64,000 nucleotides of DNA, from positions 62,001-126,000 of the forward strand of contig JAQGDQ010000592.1 of NCBI GenBank assembly GCA_030141605.1. Reading direction: 5' to 3'. The notes beneath the pieces were generated by a model. It saw nothing but the letters and a program-made list of their open reading frames with translations, did no database searches and had not been told where the DNA came from. The position numbers and the translations under genes are program-made. Numbering within the stretch: position 1 is the stretch's first letter; each line of letters opens with the position of its first letter. The DNA is from Tubiluchus corallicola. Taxonomy: Eukaryota; Animalia; Priapulida. This document shows, one piece after another, positions 35,101 to 48,303 of the stretch.

Positions 35101-38100
35101 GGTATTCGACAAAAGTGCAAGTACGTACAATATATTTTTGTTGTTGACAAGCAAAATGTGAGATCTATAATGAGCACAGGTATTCGACAAAAGTGTAAGT
35201 ACGTACAATATACTTTTGTTGTTGACAAGCAAAATATGAGATCTATAATGAGCACAGGTATTCGACAAAAGTGTAAGTACGTACAATATATTTTTGTTGT
35301 TGACAAGCAAAATGTGAGATCTATAATTAAATCTTGTTCTTCAAGTCACGTACTTAAAAAAGAAATTATGCAAGCGAAAAAATTCGGTTATCGAGAACAC
35401 TGGTTTAAACAATTCGCCAAAACAAACATTGCGACAAATGTTACAGTAATACAGTACAGTAGTAAATTTATAATTGTTTTCTGTACTACTTGCAGTACAG
35501 ATATGACATTATATATGTTACATCGTAATATAGACGAAATAAAAGCAGGCCGAGGTGAATAGGTATGTGGTTGCTGTATGTGCTTGGCAATTGAAGGTCA
35601 GCAACATCGAGCTTGGTCAGTAAATGCATGGGTGGCCGCTGTGGGTTTATATGACATAACTGGCCCAAGAGGATTTACCTCGTTGAAGAAAGATGTATAT
35701 GCATACGAAAATGAACAGGACATCTATTCCTATTTAGCATCTCCTCTTTGAGGATTATTGTTGACAATTATCTAGGTACTGGTCTCACCAGGGGTATATA
35801 CATCAACAGCTTTGACGTTGAGTGTGGGTGCAACGAACAGCAAAAACAGAGGCAAGACGCGATTTCAATCACCGATCATTTCCCGAATAAAAATGTTTAT
35901 CCGCAAGTTTTTTAAGACTTTCTAGGCTGGAATATCTTTTTTGGATGTTTTTCCTGAGAAAACTGGGAAACGCGCTATCCCGTTACACTGGCGACAAACA
36001 GCACGGAGACAACCATAGTGTGAGTAGCATTTGTATGTTAACTAAAGATAGAAACATCGCAACCCATAAATTATTTGATATTAAAAGGTTTAACTGTACA
36101 GAATGTTGTTGTCCTTCAAACCGCACCGGTTCTCATCTCGTCTTGCCAGCCAAGGCCTTTCGTTGACCTGCTCAAATTTTTCTGTACCTCACCAATTGTA
36201 GCGTTAGACTGTCAGACAGCGCGACACTTGATTATTTATTGATTGGTCGTTTTTTGTGACGATTCCGTCCTCCAAGGTCGGGTGGCATTTTTTAAAAGCG
36301 GCTCATCGAATGCAAACGCTAGCAGAAAAAAGAAGTTACTTGAAACCAATAAAGTAAGTTCAGGTGTCAACTGTGCATCTGTCAAAGTTGTCCAAAAGTC
36401 AATTTTAAAAAGCATTTTCAAAACTGATTTCGTCAAAACGTGGAAATTGAAGTATAAGCGTTGCAGCATTAATGTGATGTAACGTAGTAATTATTTTGTT
36501 GCATTACTCAAGGACCTCTATGTGCTACAAGGGTCGTAGAGGTACAAAAGTACAAGTATGATTTAATATTCGGTAACTCAACTAAAAAATTAGTCAAAAA
36601 TATGCAGTAAGTTCGTAACTTTCAGAACAGTGTGCAAAATAACCAATATGAGTCGATTACTGTGAAAAAAATTTGTATGAAGCAAATGTGCACAGAAGTT
36701 TTATAGCAGCGCAATTAATTTTACATTTGTCTAAAAAAACCCTTTTTTTAATAATAATGTGTTTTAAATTATGTACCTACAAATTAATTTTCTCTTGTAA
36801 ATATGTCTGTAGTCCGTGTATGTTTTTTAATATTTTATTTTATCTTTTAGTCTTTATATGTATGTCGCCTCTTTTAATTAGGAACTCTATTTTTGTACGA
36901 CAGAAATTCAATAATTAAATTATGCTCTCAATATTTGGTTGAAAAGTCTCGCGTAGCTTGCACGTACTATACTGTGAAAACAGCGTCGAACTCGACTCAA
37001 GATCCTCCAACATTTCTTGTAATGTCTCAGAAGTTTGCTTTTTAAATACCCATCGATGGCATGTTTTTAGTTCATTTTAGCCTCAGTATTGCCTTTCAGA
37101 ACAATGTATTCGGTGGAGATTCCAGGCCACTCAGTTCGATAAAAAAAAATCCGGAATTTTGGAGTTATTGGTTCGGTAACGCGCCTCAAATTCGTGCTGT
37201 GCGAGATGCGCGAGGCTTGGCCACTACATGGTTCCCACGAAATGGTGATACTGCTTCAGTAACACAAACAATTAGCATAATTATTGTTGTGCGCCATTCT
37301 TTACAACACTTTGTTGCACACGAAGAGTGCATAATAAGGTATGTGCTGCAAAAGTGTTGCCTAACGGTTGACATTTAATATACCTAAAGCCGACATGGTC
37401 TCGTTATAAAAATCTGAATATCAAAGATGAATTTTTTATAGAGTAAATGAAAGTTAAATGCGTTTCATTACTTGCAGCAAGCAAAACAAAAATGCAGAAA
37501 ATTAGAAAAATGCTAATGATTTTCAAATTTCAGAATTATTAAGGGGCTATAAACTTTGATGTACGCACACATAATTAAAGCAGTGAGGCTATTAGCGAAA
37601 CGCTGAATATGATTGCTTTTGAACATTCCCAGATGGTAAAACCCCTAAACTGGTAAAAAGGCTGTTTTAGTGTTATGGAAAAATGATTTACAAAAACATT
37701 AAATATTTACGTCACTTTTAAGGTCATTCATCGAACGTGATTTTAAAAAGTTAAAACAATATATTTTCGTGTGCAGCAACTTCACCATCAAATTTATGAT
37801 TTTCTTTATGCAAATTAAAGGCAAATTGCCATTTATATCTTTAAAAATTCCGAAAATTCCAATTTAACGTGAAATTTAGAGTTGGCAGGTAGGACATTAG
37901 CTATCGAAATTTAAAGTTACAGCTCGATTTTGTTTAAATTCTTTGCATCTACCATCGCCTTTTTTCGGGTTTGGGCAGAAGAAGGCGGCAGAAACCCGGT
38001 TCTCCCACATAATGCCGAGTCTGGTTAGGTGTAAATGGTATGTGTTGCGGGTTTGTGGTTCTTTTGATTTCTTTGCTATGAACTGGACTTGAACTGTAAC

Positions 38101-41100
38101 CGGACGCCATCGCATTTTCTCACAACAATCCTTAAATTCCCATAATAATGGCGTTAATCACATCTTAGTAATGAGCCTCGAGTCGTACCGCGAGCCAAAA
38201 TCCCAGTGCGGTTCGGGGCGAATCGCACGTGAACGTGATGCGTGACTAGGGGTAGATTGCCCGATCACGAATCACGTGCAGGTTACCTAATCCCAGGATT
38301 ACTGCTGTCAGCCCCAGGATAAAGAACTAACGTAAAAAATCAAGTTCAGCAAAAATATACATGGCGTGAGCCTTATTTTACTAGGGCAACCCTTTTTGTT
38401 GCTGTTCGGCACAACCATCAACGTCGTGCGCTCGCACTCACTCTGCTCAATGCTGTTCAACAGAATACGAGGTACACCAGCAAGAAGCAGAGCAGTACCA
38501 TATATGCTTATTAAATCACAAAGAAATATTACCATGGACTTTTGTTTCACAAAGACATAAAAATAGAATTATATTTGCATTTATTCCAATTTTTCTATCA
38601 AATATAAGCATTTCAATATAAGCATATCAACATGTTTCTGCAACACTGTTACGTCTAAGACACTGCACATTTCTGGATAGAACTGGCAGGAGAAGTAATT
38701 ATAGTCTGTTAACTCGTTCGGTTGTGATTCGTTTTACATCACAGTTCACAAAGTACATTTTAATAATAATAGCCAGATTTGAAGCCGCTGAAAGTAGAGC
38801 AAAGGACTCAACAAAAAAAACTGTTGATACAGACTCGCTGAAAAATCTTGTCAATTCAAAGGTATATTGATTGATCAATAACTTTAGTAAACATAATATA
38901 GGTGATGTAGGAAAAACGATCAGGCTCAACAGACACATGGGTGCGCTAAACAGTGAGCTCAATACGCAAAACCTTGTGTCGCCATCAATTAACAAGTAAC
39001 AAGCGAGACATTGTGGAAATGATTAGTGCTGCCTTTTGAACTTCAAACTAGTAGCCTTTATGCACATAGTGCGTTAAGTGTCACCTTTTAACAATGCGCG
39101 ATAACTTAAAACTTGTTTTTTTAGCAGACGCAATTTAAGGTGGTTCACGAAATAGGATTAAAGTCACGATTATCACGACGCATGTGCCGTGAGCGGGGGA
39201 GTGCACGCACGTTTGTAAACTCTCAAATAAATCTTAGACATGACAGCCAGTAGATCCTATAATACGTGACAGACACTGACTGTAAATCTTCCTTAAACAG
39301 TTTTGATAGAGAGCATGTGACTAAAAGCGTCACAATAGCTGGGGCATAGTGGTCATACTGGAATGGGGTATTTGTTCATCATTTGTTCCGCATTTGGCCC
39401 AGTACTCACCAAGTAACAGCATCTCAACTCACTCAAAAGTGCACAGACGTTGACAGACTTCAGTTAGGAATATTCCTAACTCTTTACCCTCACAGAAATG
39501 GCATTCGTAATGAAAGTACGTAATAGCTTAAGTGCCATGAGGCTGATTTCATTAATAAAACTCAACATCTATTACATTAAAATTACTCGCATAGTTTTCA
39601 AAGATGAAGCCCATCATAAATTCACGCATAAGCTTCTGGGGCTATCAAAGCAAAATGCAAACTTTTCACGAATTGTAGGCGTACTGTTCTAATTCCTCTG
39701 CTTAACCGCCTTCTCCGTTTTGACAGTCTGTCTCAATATAAATGTGGTTCAATACCTAACATACTGTTATCTTTTTACGTGCTTTGTCACTATAAGGCCT
39801 TTAAGGCCAAACTGAGTTGTCTAAATATTTAAATGACTCTTAAAACTAAAAAATGCTACCTATACCTGCAATGGACATCTTGTTAGCATTAAAAATTCTT
39901 AATGAGTGTTAATTATAGAAACTTTATATTAACGATATAAATCTAAAACAGTAAAAAATCTCTTCACTCGAATAAAGATACCTTGGCATGTTGAGTGTTG
40001 ATAAAGAAATGTCTACTAGAAGATGCAAGACTATGAGCTTGACTAGTGCGAATCACTTCACAGACATAACACAACACCCAAAGCAGACTAACTATGGTTT
40101 TTTGAGATTATAAATTAATTATAATAGCCAAAACTTCAAATTTTCAAAATGATGAAAAATAATTCGCTAATAATTTCAATGTGGGTCAGGCTCGCAGAAA
40201 ATACAATACACCAAGTTAACCGAAATTTCAATGTCTTTGCAAAACGCAGAGACCTAAAACCAAAACATGTAGAAAGTCATTTCAGAGAAGTTGTTCTCAT
40301 TCCATACTCTTTGTTGCGAATACCAATTACTAGTTAAATGGCACTTTGCGCTAACGTGCTCAACGGTGAAGCATCTTGTTGTGTTGTTACTAGAACAAGG
40401 TTATAGATAATAGTTTGTGTTGAAAGAAGATTAAGATATCAAGCTTGACCGTGACACAAACCCTACTGTATTTACAGAGATGTTACTATACTATGTATCT
40501 TAAATGACATTACAAACAATTTTATAATTTAACAGCATTGAGTAAATAGCCAGCTGGCAAGCTGCTGGTCAGTCTTAGGTGATAAATTCTTTTTCATATC
40601 TTCGAGTTTAAAAGGTTTTAGGAATTGCTTTTTCGTGTCGAGGAGCTAATTATTTTTGGAAATTTACTTAAATAATTATGAGACGATCTTAATGGCAATT
40701 TAGTTACTGAGCCTATAATTCATGAGATTTTTTTTGGCTTCAAACTTGGGTTCGTCAGTTTACCGCAGCATTTTTACATATACCGGACTTTTTCTATATG
40801 TAGCCATATAGTGATTTGACACCTTTGTTATAGGGTCAGAATCAACTTCAAATGTAGTCGAAATTCTCAGCTACTGAGTAATAGTTTACCACAAGATGAA
40901 CATCGTCTGTCGATTAGCTGCAAAGAAAACTGAAAATCAAATGAGTGAGGGCTTATGAAACGCCATATTAATTGTAATATATGTATTGTTCACTTGCTGA
41001 TATCTAGGATAATCGTCATACCTAATACAAACAATGCATGATCTAATAATCTGCATGCGTCTCTAAATCTGGACCCACTCAGCCGTCTCTCTCTGTCTTC

Positions 41101-44100
41101 AATCTGTCTACAAACTCTCTAGATCTCACGCTCTTTTTCTTTCCTTCTGTGTATAACACCAATTTGCACAAAAATAGTGATTAGTAATCTAAACTCAGTG
41201 CAAAAAGACAGAAACACATTTAAAAAATATTTGTTCATTTACTCACCCATCATGGTTATATTGAAACTTCTCAAGCCTATCTTCACTCCAAGCTCTGCTT
41301 CTATTTTGATATCACTGAAAGCTTTATATGGGCAAGCTATTGAGGTTGTTGCGACATGCCAGTCTGAGCCATACGTGCACACTGAAATCAAAATTGAACT
41401 TAAAAAAGCCCCCGAGATTATTAGCTTTAAAATTATAGTATGCGTTGTTTTAGTTTTTTATAAATGCTTTAGTTGTACTTTTGTGAGCGTGTGTGTTATG
41501 TAAATGACTGTAAACAATTTATACTAATATTTGTATATGTGTTCAGGTACCCAACAAATATATCAAATATATCATGTATAACCATGTATTAGTAGTAGAA
41601 ATGTAGCAAACAGCAGCCATGTTTCTGCAAGATTTGAGGTTTAAACAAAACGGTAAATGCTAGAATGAAAACAGTGATAAAGAGTTTCGTTTCTTTTTTT
41701 AATTTGCTTATGTCGAAAATTCTGTTGAAATAGTTTCGGAATTTGAAACGTTTATTGGAGATGGAACAACTATAAGTTACGACTTTCTACAAGGCTGTCT
41801 ACAAAACTGCTAAAATTCAACAATTTTTTCAGACTTCTTGGACCATATCGCCCAACACGCATAATTTTAATGGAATCATTGGAAGCTACTGTCAATTGAC
41901 TTCATTATAGGGAATGCGTACATCACACGAGTGATTTTGCTGATGAGACAGCGCTTTGGCAGAGTTTGTGTGGTGGACACGCAGGCTTGTGGTTTTAGCA
42001 AGGCAATCGGACGGTAAATGAATTTGGAGGAATTTTCTAAGTTTGGGAATTGAGGATAAAAGTGGAGTCAGGTATACTAGGTTATCAAGTTATCAGCGTT
42101 ATGTTTTTCAAATATTACAGCAATATAAATTCTGATTAGTGATTATTCGGTTATTTGCTCTAAAAAGTTCGGCATTGAGAGTACCAACACACAACACATG
42201 AACAATGGCACGTAGGCATGCACTCTTCAAAAATTCAATGCAGATTTAATTACTGTTATGGCCTGTTCATGATTTTATGGCAAGCACCTAGTTTGTGGAA
42301 AACTCAAGTAGATCACATGACAATCATAAACAGAATATAGGAAAAAAGGAACATATCTAACTGATGAAAGCAACTCTGACTACAAACGCCTACGCAATTT
42401 CGAAGTCTAGATACGAATTCTAAAAGTATTTGTTTGCCTCTGGAGGAAGAAGAAAACGATAAAATTATTGCAAGATGCAATATATGCACGTAACAAAAAC
42501 AAACTTCTTACACTAAGTCCGATATTTAAATAAATGCCTTCACATGGGATTTCCGAATAAATCGAGTTTTGATTACACTTTTATAGTATCTACACATTGT
42601 GCAGAAAAAAAATGTTTTCAGAAATTACAATTGCTAGCTATCTGCAATTGTCCAAATTTATCCGGACATGGCACAGCGTATTTTATTGCTAAACTTATCT
42701 TTGGATAACAAACTTATTATGAATTTAATAGTAGCCTACTTTGTTATTCAAACATAAAGGTAGCACACAATTGCGAAACTAAACCTGTAACAGGAACGTC
42801 TAGCTATCTATTCTTGCTCGTAAAGAAAAGCCTTGCTAAATCAGCAGAAAGCGATATTAAAGTCTAGAAACGATTTAACAGTTTTACATGTACGTTGAAA
42901 ATAAGCTAAAACTTTGAATAGAACAGTCTGGTACTGCCGTTACGGTATGCCTAAGAGCCGAAAAATATTCATTAACATTTTTAAAAGGTTGACGAAAGTA
43001 CCATGCCACATTTATCCGTTCGATTTTCCTTTCGTTCTTAATTTTTGGGAAATTACAGTATTTTGGACTCACCTAGAATAACACTTCCAACAAATAAACT
43101 CACAGTGACTGCGAAGAATGTCTTGAAGCGCTGAAAATAATAAGTAACTCAATTACAGCTTGTGCTATTGCAGTTTGTGTTCTAGTATGCCTTTTCTAAT
43201 TAAAAGGCAGTTAGAGCTCACATTTATGTAGCACCCCAATTCCTCGAGTATAACAAACACGAGGCATGTACAGTGCGAATGTAGCCTCTAAAGCCAAATA
43301 ACTTGATAGCTCCAATGTCAGGTTTACCCAGATTTCATTGTTCACACGCGATATGTCAAAGTTTCTTTTGTAATTTGTAATTTATTATCCACTTCAGCAT
43401 TACATAATATAGAACTATAGTGTGCAGATTGAACAAATAGGTACATAGAACAAATGTAGTTACAATAATTGTTGTAAGTTTTTGAAACAAAATTACATTA
43501 ATATAGTTACTAAACTTTATAATTACCAAGAGAATCGTCCCAGACTACACTTTCATGATTGGTACATATGTACGGGACGCTTACGATAGCTGTATCGCCC
43601 TCAAACTAAATTAGTCAGTAGATCTGTTTCTATAAAGAAAGCTACTGGCTGTGTGTCATTTGGCTTATTAGGTCTACTTCAACATTAGGTCTACTATAAA
43701 ATGTTCGTAGAATTTTTACCTTTTCTTCGCTAGAAATTTGGAAAAGCAGGACGGATATACCGTGATATGTGTCTGGATAAACTGCGTAATTAAGCAATTG
43801 GAATGACGCAGTTTTGCATAAGATCATTATTTAGTATTTCATCAGGGGCCCACGTAGCCACAGATTTTCCGTGTACATTCTAGACCGCCAAAAATCTGAT
43901 CATCACAAAATTAATGTCCGACAATAGTCACAATGGTCAAAAAATGACTACAAAAATATATATAATTATGTTTTTAACATTTATAGGATTTTATAGGATG
44001 ATAATATGTGCGTATCGGACATTTGTAGAGCATTACTTCCTCCAACGAAGCACGTACAGTCACTGTTGCCTGGCCTGGAAACAGTGATGTGTGTTCGTGG

Positions 44101-46542
44101 TGGAGTTTTCTGCGGTTTACTCAGATAATTCTGGGAATTTACCTAGGGTGGAATTTTCCTTTTAGTTCGTTTAATCCATTTTGCTAACTAAACAATAATA
44201 TTTTTTTGGTCTAGTATGTATATAAACCGCTTTGAACCGAGCTTTCATGGCATGGTTTTTTACAGTGCAGGTACCTAGATTTACTATACACAAAAGATAT
44301 CTGGGAAATTTTCCAGTTTGTTCAAGGAAACATTAGTGGGAAATTTTCAGGGGAATATTTACATGCAACTGATACAAAGGCTATTATAAACATTTAGTGT
44401 TTGCTTGAAAAGTAATAATGTTTTTTATTTGAAATAATTTATCACCCAAATTATCTAAAGAATGGAACTGCGGAGTTTACCTGGGTGGGGCTACCCATAC
44501 GTCACGCACACATTTCCTCTTATCTCAGCTAAGTTTATATTGTAAACTTGGGATTTTACCTTACTACATGTATACAGACAAAAACCATCAAATTTACAAA
44601 AATCAATGAAACCACCAGCGACGTCAGCTAGAGTAATAAAATTTTCGTAGAGTTTTTATTGGCTATACCAGAAAACGTACACAAAATAATTTTTTAAATC
44701 AGAATAATTTCTTTGTCTACGTTAACTGAAACCAGCCTATATTCACTTTAGCTGATATTACAGAATTTATAATGACAGCTTTGTTTTTCGTCAGGTAATT
44801 AAATAGGTAAAGCTCTGCAAAGTCACTGCTAGAATTTGACTTGTGGAAGGGTTCCTACATTGCATGTATATTTCTTCCGCCCTTCCTTCTGCCGTCTCGA
44901 CCTTCTCTCATCTGACTTATCTCTCTCCTTACTCCTTACTAATGCTAGGAACTGTTTGAAAAAATTATATCTTCTTAGGCTCTTCCAGTTTGTAGCGCTA
45001 AATATTGCAACATATTTTTCATCTATAAGTAATAAAATGTTCGGGAGAATATGCTCTGCAAAATTAAATGAACAAATACATAAATAAAGTAAATAAAGAT
45101 GACTGTTTGCAAAAAACGAAATTAGAAAAGTGACGTGGTGACAAAATAATTTCTGATTATTAGTTCAGTAGAAGTGACAGGACTATATACTGCCATGTAT
45201 GATACATAGGACATTTGTGTCTTAATGTAGATTTTTGAAGTCCATACATGTAAGTGTTTAATATACATGTGTAGCCCTTTAACCAAATGCTTGTATAAAG
45301 ACATTTAAAACAGACAATTACTGCTTGCAACCTAAGTACTAGTAAATAGCAAGCATGGTATGCACGCTTCATGAAAGACCCCGAGAATTAAAAAAACCCT
45401 TGTTTATATAATTTGTTATATAAATATTATTACTCAGCAGATTTGATCTAACGGTTTTCTTTCGCACAAATACACACCTACTTTAAACAAAATGTCGCCA
45501 AACTTCATCAAAAGGAATGAACTTTTTTCATGTTCAAATTAAAATTTGGAAGCAAAGTTCACTGCCAGGTTGTTCAATGTTACGTTACATAAACCCAGAA
45601 TTGCAGAGTTAATCTCTCCAATAACATTAACAATGAAAATCTGACGCGTTCGGCATACAACCAGTAAAGGTTAAAATTGCACGACACTGCCAGGGAAAAC
45701 TACGCTAGATAAATTAAAAGCATAAAAATGTAACCTTTAGCGACGAAAAGTGATAAGGTTATAAAGGTCAACACCATTATGCAGTCATCATGGCCGACCA
45801 AGCCTTAATTACTTGTTAAATAAAGAATTAATGGGGTTGTTTAAGCCATTAGAGGTTGCCTGGTGTCAGTGAAATATTTTGGATCCTCGTTAATTTCTTT
45901 AACGGGACAATCGTTGTAATAAAAAAGTCGCCAGTTTGAATCTATCGTCATTAAACAACTTTTGATTTGAATTTTACAGATAATAACTGAAGCCATTTTG
46001 CGCGCGGGCGCTATATTGTGATTTTAAGAAGACTGCTAAAGGAATTACATTCCAAGATAGTTTTGCACTGCTAGTTTGGCAGTGTAATATCTTAATTAAT
46101 AGTATAGATCAGTTTACATATTTAACCTTTGGTAATGTAATTATCTTAGGTTACTATTAATTTATTAAATATCCACCTTTTTATATGTTTTATGAGCCAA
46201 ATAGGTTTGCATTTGCTACGTATTTGTATTTATAAAATAGAAATGAAAGAATAAATTATAGTGAAAACTCAATACCAGTGACCAGTCTGATTCTAAACTA
46301 CAACAGCAACAATCACATAAATACAAATATATAAGAGACATGTTTGATCTGCTGCTCGATCTAAAAATAGGACATACCTCTTTTCGAATTCCAGGCAAAA
46401 TTATTAGAAAGGCGAACATGAACATAATAAAGAGGATGCATAGTGCAACTAGGAGAGAATCTTGTGTTACTGATGTTCGGTTCTCTCCGTATAGAGTCGG
46501 ACCTCCCCCGGACCGAAAGGCGCCAAACCACGCGTTCCCCAT
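15988..46542 (-). CDS. DUOXA: Dual oxidase maturation factor (DUOXA / moladietz-NIP family), 7 coding exons, ~335 aa
   Basis: Exons 46542-46378, 43130-43073, 41381-41247, 31221-31159, 18478-18325, 17273-17062, 16208-15988 sum to 1008 nt in frame. Motifs: FLIILPGIR, W..PYKAFS..LGVKIGLRSFNIT, YNER.SW, ALVKGLPYPILTVAEHF, WGRxYRxAGYY, FGWCYWLV; five hydrophobic segments. Confidence 0.93.
17062..17273 (-). CDS. DUOXA: DUOXA coding exon 6 (TAFAIWLVGNV...FGWCYWLVMAT)
   Basis: cttttag acceptor, GTGAG donor; TM segments. Confidence 0.92.
18325..18478 (-). CDS. DUOXA: DUOXA coding exon 5 (EDAKYGHKEALVKGLPYPIL...YMMLW), GC donor
   Basis: ttttgcag acceptor; the phase-compatible donor is TG|GCAAGT. Confidence 0.9.
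20650..21690 (+). mobile_element. Degenerate non-LTR retrotransposon (CR1/L2-like) 3' end
   Basis: Frameshifted peptide resembling a LINE ORF2 C-terminus (..HRTER..GVELFNRVP..ILKR..), then T-rich 3'UTR and AATAAA at ~21677; preceded by TC/CTAT simple repeats 20518-20650. Confidence 0.4.
22278..22365. repeat. ~31-bp tandem repeat, ~3 copies
   Basis: taaa..gggtc.tcatctta.aatttgtcat repeated. Confidence 0.7.
22946..23146. repeat. (TAG)n microsatellite, ~65 units with a few interruptions
   Basis: Direct reading; explains the poly-Y/poly-L/poly-T pseudo-ORFs. Confidence 0.97.
24940..27000. mobile_element. Nested foldback/MITE-like structure with two pairs of inverted repeat arms
   Basis: Outer arms: ACGCATAATGTAA units 24940-25140 vs TTACATTATGCG units 26830-27000 (acgcataatgtaagac.cccaaaa.gcat matches in reverse complement). 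Inner arms: TTCGCCAGT units 25240-25560 vs ACTGGCGAA units 26600-26810. Confidence 0.65.
25795..25990. repeat. 40-bp GC-rich minisatellite, ~5 copies
   Basis: Unit cttcgtttcactgtggcccccttgccccacgcagccccca. Confidence 0.92.
28915..29047 (+). pseudogene. MADF (Myb/SANT-like) DNA-binding domain exon of the Harbinger element
   Basis: MEDEQIVRAVEIRPALYDKSNPKYSHRDFTRQLWAEVA matches MADF consensus (LIxxVxxRPxLYD...Y...WxEVA); GT donor follows. Confidence 0.82.
29750..29990 (-). pseudogene. Harbinger transposase N-terminal exon remnant with stops
   Basis: RFWVHPIFENR...YLRMQLATFRILL...LKKQNTNFRDCISPEQRLVVTLR|gt, with three in-frame stops. Confidence 0.82.
30173..30516. mobile_element. Possible degenerate hAT-type MITE
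   Basis: Ends tagggctgcatta... / ...taattcggcatg resemble CAGGGCCGGATTA-type termini; GGGCCCC motifs near both ends. Confidence 0.3.
31159..31221 (-). CDS. DUOXA: DUOXA coding exon 4 (GAPATFSQNLFYYNERISWHG)
   Basis: cttacag acceptor, GTAAGT donor; YNER.xW motif. Confidence 0.88.
31578..31900. repeat. Compound tetranucleotide repeats (CTTA/CTCA)n followed by (GTAG/GTAA)n
   Basis: 31578-31720 ttac/ctca arrays; 31770-31900 gtaag/gtagg arrays. Confidence 0.85.
35093..35326. repeat. 78-bp tandem repeat, 3 near-identical copies
   Basis: Unit tgagcacaggtattcgacaaaagtg...gagatctataa x3. Confidence 0.95.
35596..35751 (+). pseudogene. Possible Tc1/mariner-superfamily transposase fragment
   Basis: GQQHRAWSVNAWVAAVGLYDITGP resembles the QHRFSVNVWAGIxGxxLIGP motif of such transposases. 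Confidence 0.33.
41247..41381 (-). CDS. DUOXA: DUOXA coding exon 3 (CTYGSDWHV...IGLRSFNITMM)
   Basis: tttcag acceptor, GTGAGT donor; conserved YKAFS and IGL..NIT. Confidence 0.92.
43073..43130 (-). CDS. DUOXA: DUOXA coding exon 2 (RFKTFFAVTVSLFVGSVIL)
   Basis: ttttcag acceptor, GTGAGT donor; second TM segment. Confidence 0.9.
46378..46542 (-). CDS. DUOXA: DUOXA coding exon 1 (MGNAWFGAFR...LPGIRKE)
   Basis: ATG 46542; GTATG donor; upstream ttttgcag acceptor at ~46565 implies a separate 5'UTR exon. Confidence 0.92.
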
Positions 46543-47576
46543 AACTGTAGCGGGAAAGGGCCACCTGCAAAAGAACGGAATTTGTTACTTGCGGTTAAAA
46601 GTGTTTGATCTAATAGTCTAAAATAATCAAAACTTTGTATTTAAATACTGGTAAAAATCTACGAAAAGACTAGGAAACGTGTTAGCATTAAGTTAACTGT
46701 AATATTGTCCTTCAACTGTTATGGACGCCTAGTAATTTTAAAAGTAACTTTTAAAGTTTCCACTGACAATTTGCCATAGTAATTTTAGAGAATATGTGCA
46801 TTTAAACAGCAAGTAGCAAAGTTACTTGAGTGGTGCATATGCAAGTTGTCATTGAATCACTAAATCAATGTGGAAAAAAGCACTTGCAGAGCTATGTGAG
46901 TCGTTGCTGCATGAAATAGCTTTTAACAACAAACAAATGGTGGAACTTAACAAAGTAAAATTTGTAAACCCAACACCCACAAAAAATAATAAGGCCACTG
47001 AAGTGCAAATAAGTTAGCTTAGTGAAAATGAATTGTCTAAAATTTTTGTGAAATGCGATCCAGGTGCCCGAGCTAAAATGCTCCACTTCAAACTAATGAT
47101 TTGTGATATAGTGAGTAGCACCTCTCAACGTGAAGGAAGGCATTGTAATATGTTTTCTACAGTCTGCTCTGGTACACAAGCCCATAATTGCATTACAAAG
47201 AGAAAAGTGGAACGCCCAACTTACGGAAGGAAATTCTTTCACTCGTTCAATCTCATTTTTATACTGGTTAGGTGGTCCTGTCTTTGGAAACTCAGACACT
47301 AGTGAAAGTTGCTCCTTCTTAGTTCTATATTATTGCTGACATGTTGCACAGGTTATTTACGCAGCTGTCTCGAGTTCAATCACAAATCTTGGTTACGCAA
47401 TTTGAGCACGACTTAAGTAATTACGAACAATACATACTTAGTCTAACTATTTTACAATAATAGCAATTTCAAAGCTGTTGCAATGATAGTTAAGTAATTA
47501 GTTCATTGTGCGAGTTATTCTAAAAAATTAAAAATCGCGGGTCGAAATGTGTTTGAGAGAGAAGTTAAAAGCATAC

Positions 47577-48303
47577 CTGTTAAATAAGATATCACATTAA
47601 ATATGGAAGTGTACTGTAGATCCCAATCAGCATCTGACGGCACGGGTACATGTTAACTTTCGCTAGTTCATCACTGAGTGGAACTGAAATGTCCTTAACA
47701 TAGATTGGCGTAGCTAGAATGTTTAGTCTACACAGTAATTGTCTAAGAAGAGAGGTTTACATGCGACACTAGGCACAGAATGACGTTAGCAAGGTCACTT
47801 CATCTGTATCGAGGGCGGAGTTTACGCTCATGATCTCCTCCATTCTTACCTTCGGCACGAAATTGTTGTGGAATAAACCTGCATCTCTCAAAACAACGGC
47901 AGAAACTTTGATTCACGTCTGCGTTAAATGCTTCGGATATTCATTATCGTATTTGTGATCACTGCTGGACCAAGTAACATGCACCATCTGCTTTCGTCAT
48001 AGCGGTAAAAAGTTGTCAAGTCAGGAATTATTGTCAACAGAAGTTGTTAGTTCACTTTCGGTTAACGTTCACAAGATAAAGAAGTCGCTTGGTGAAATAG
48101 CCATCTGCATTATTGTAGATGTAAGACAAGGACATTGAGTTACGTTCATCGGAGCGTGTCAAACAGGCCAGCGAACTCAATCTGAACGGATCTTCCTTTC
48201 ACTTTCTCTCTACTGTTTTGTCGTGTTGCCTCGAATATGAGTTGGTCGAACATCTACATTGTTGTTTTCATCTACACATTACGCACCACAGCTGTTACGA
48301 CAG
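47577..48303. promoter_or_regulatory. Candidate bidirectional promoter / non-coding first exons
   Basis: Relatively CpG-rich; minus-strand donors ACAG|GTATGC (47577) and GAAG|GTAAGA (47850) could feed the DUOXA acceptor at ~46565; plus-strand donor ACAG|GTAAGT at 48303/48304. Confidence 0.4.

Noticed and set aside
35085-35562. Repeat-containing ORFs on both strands
   Set aside because: Arise from the 78-bp triplication; no recognisable domain or convincing splice context.
36236-39000. Cluster of short ORFs and CpG-rich sequence in DUOXA intron 3
   Set aside because: No recognisable protein motif or consistent exon chain; probably decayed DNA-transposon sequence, but not assignable by eye.
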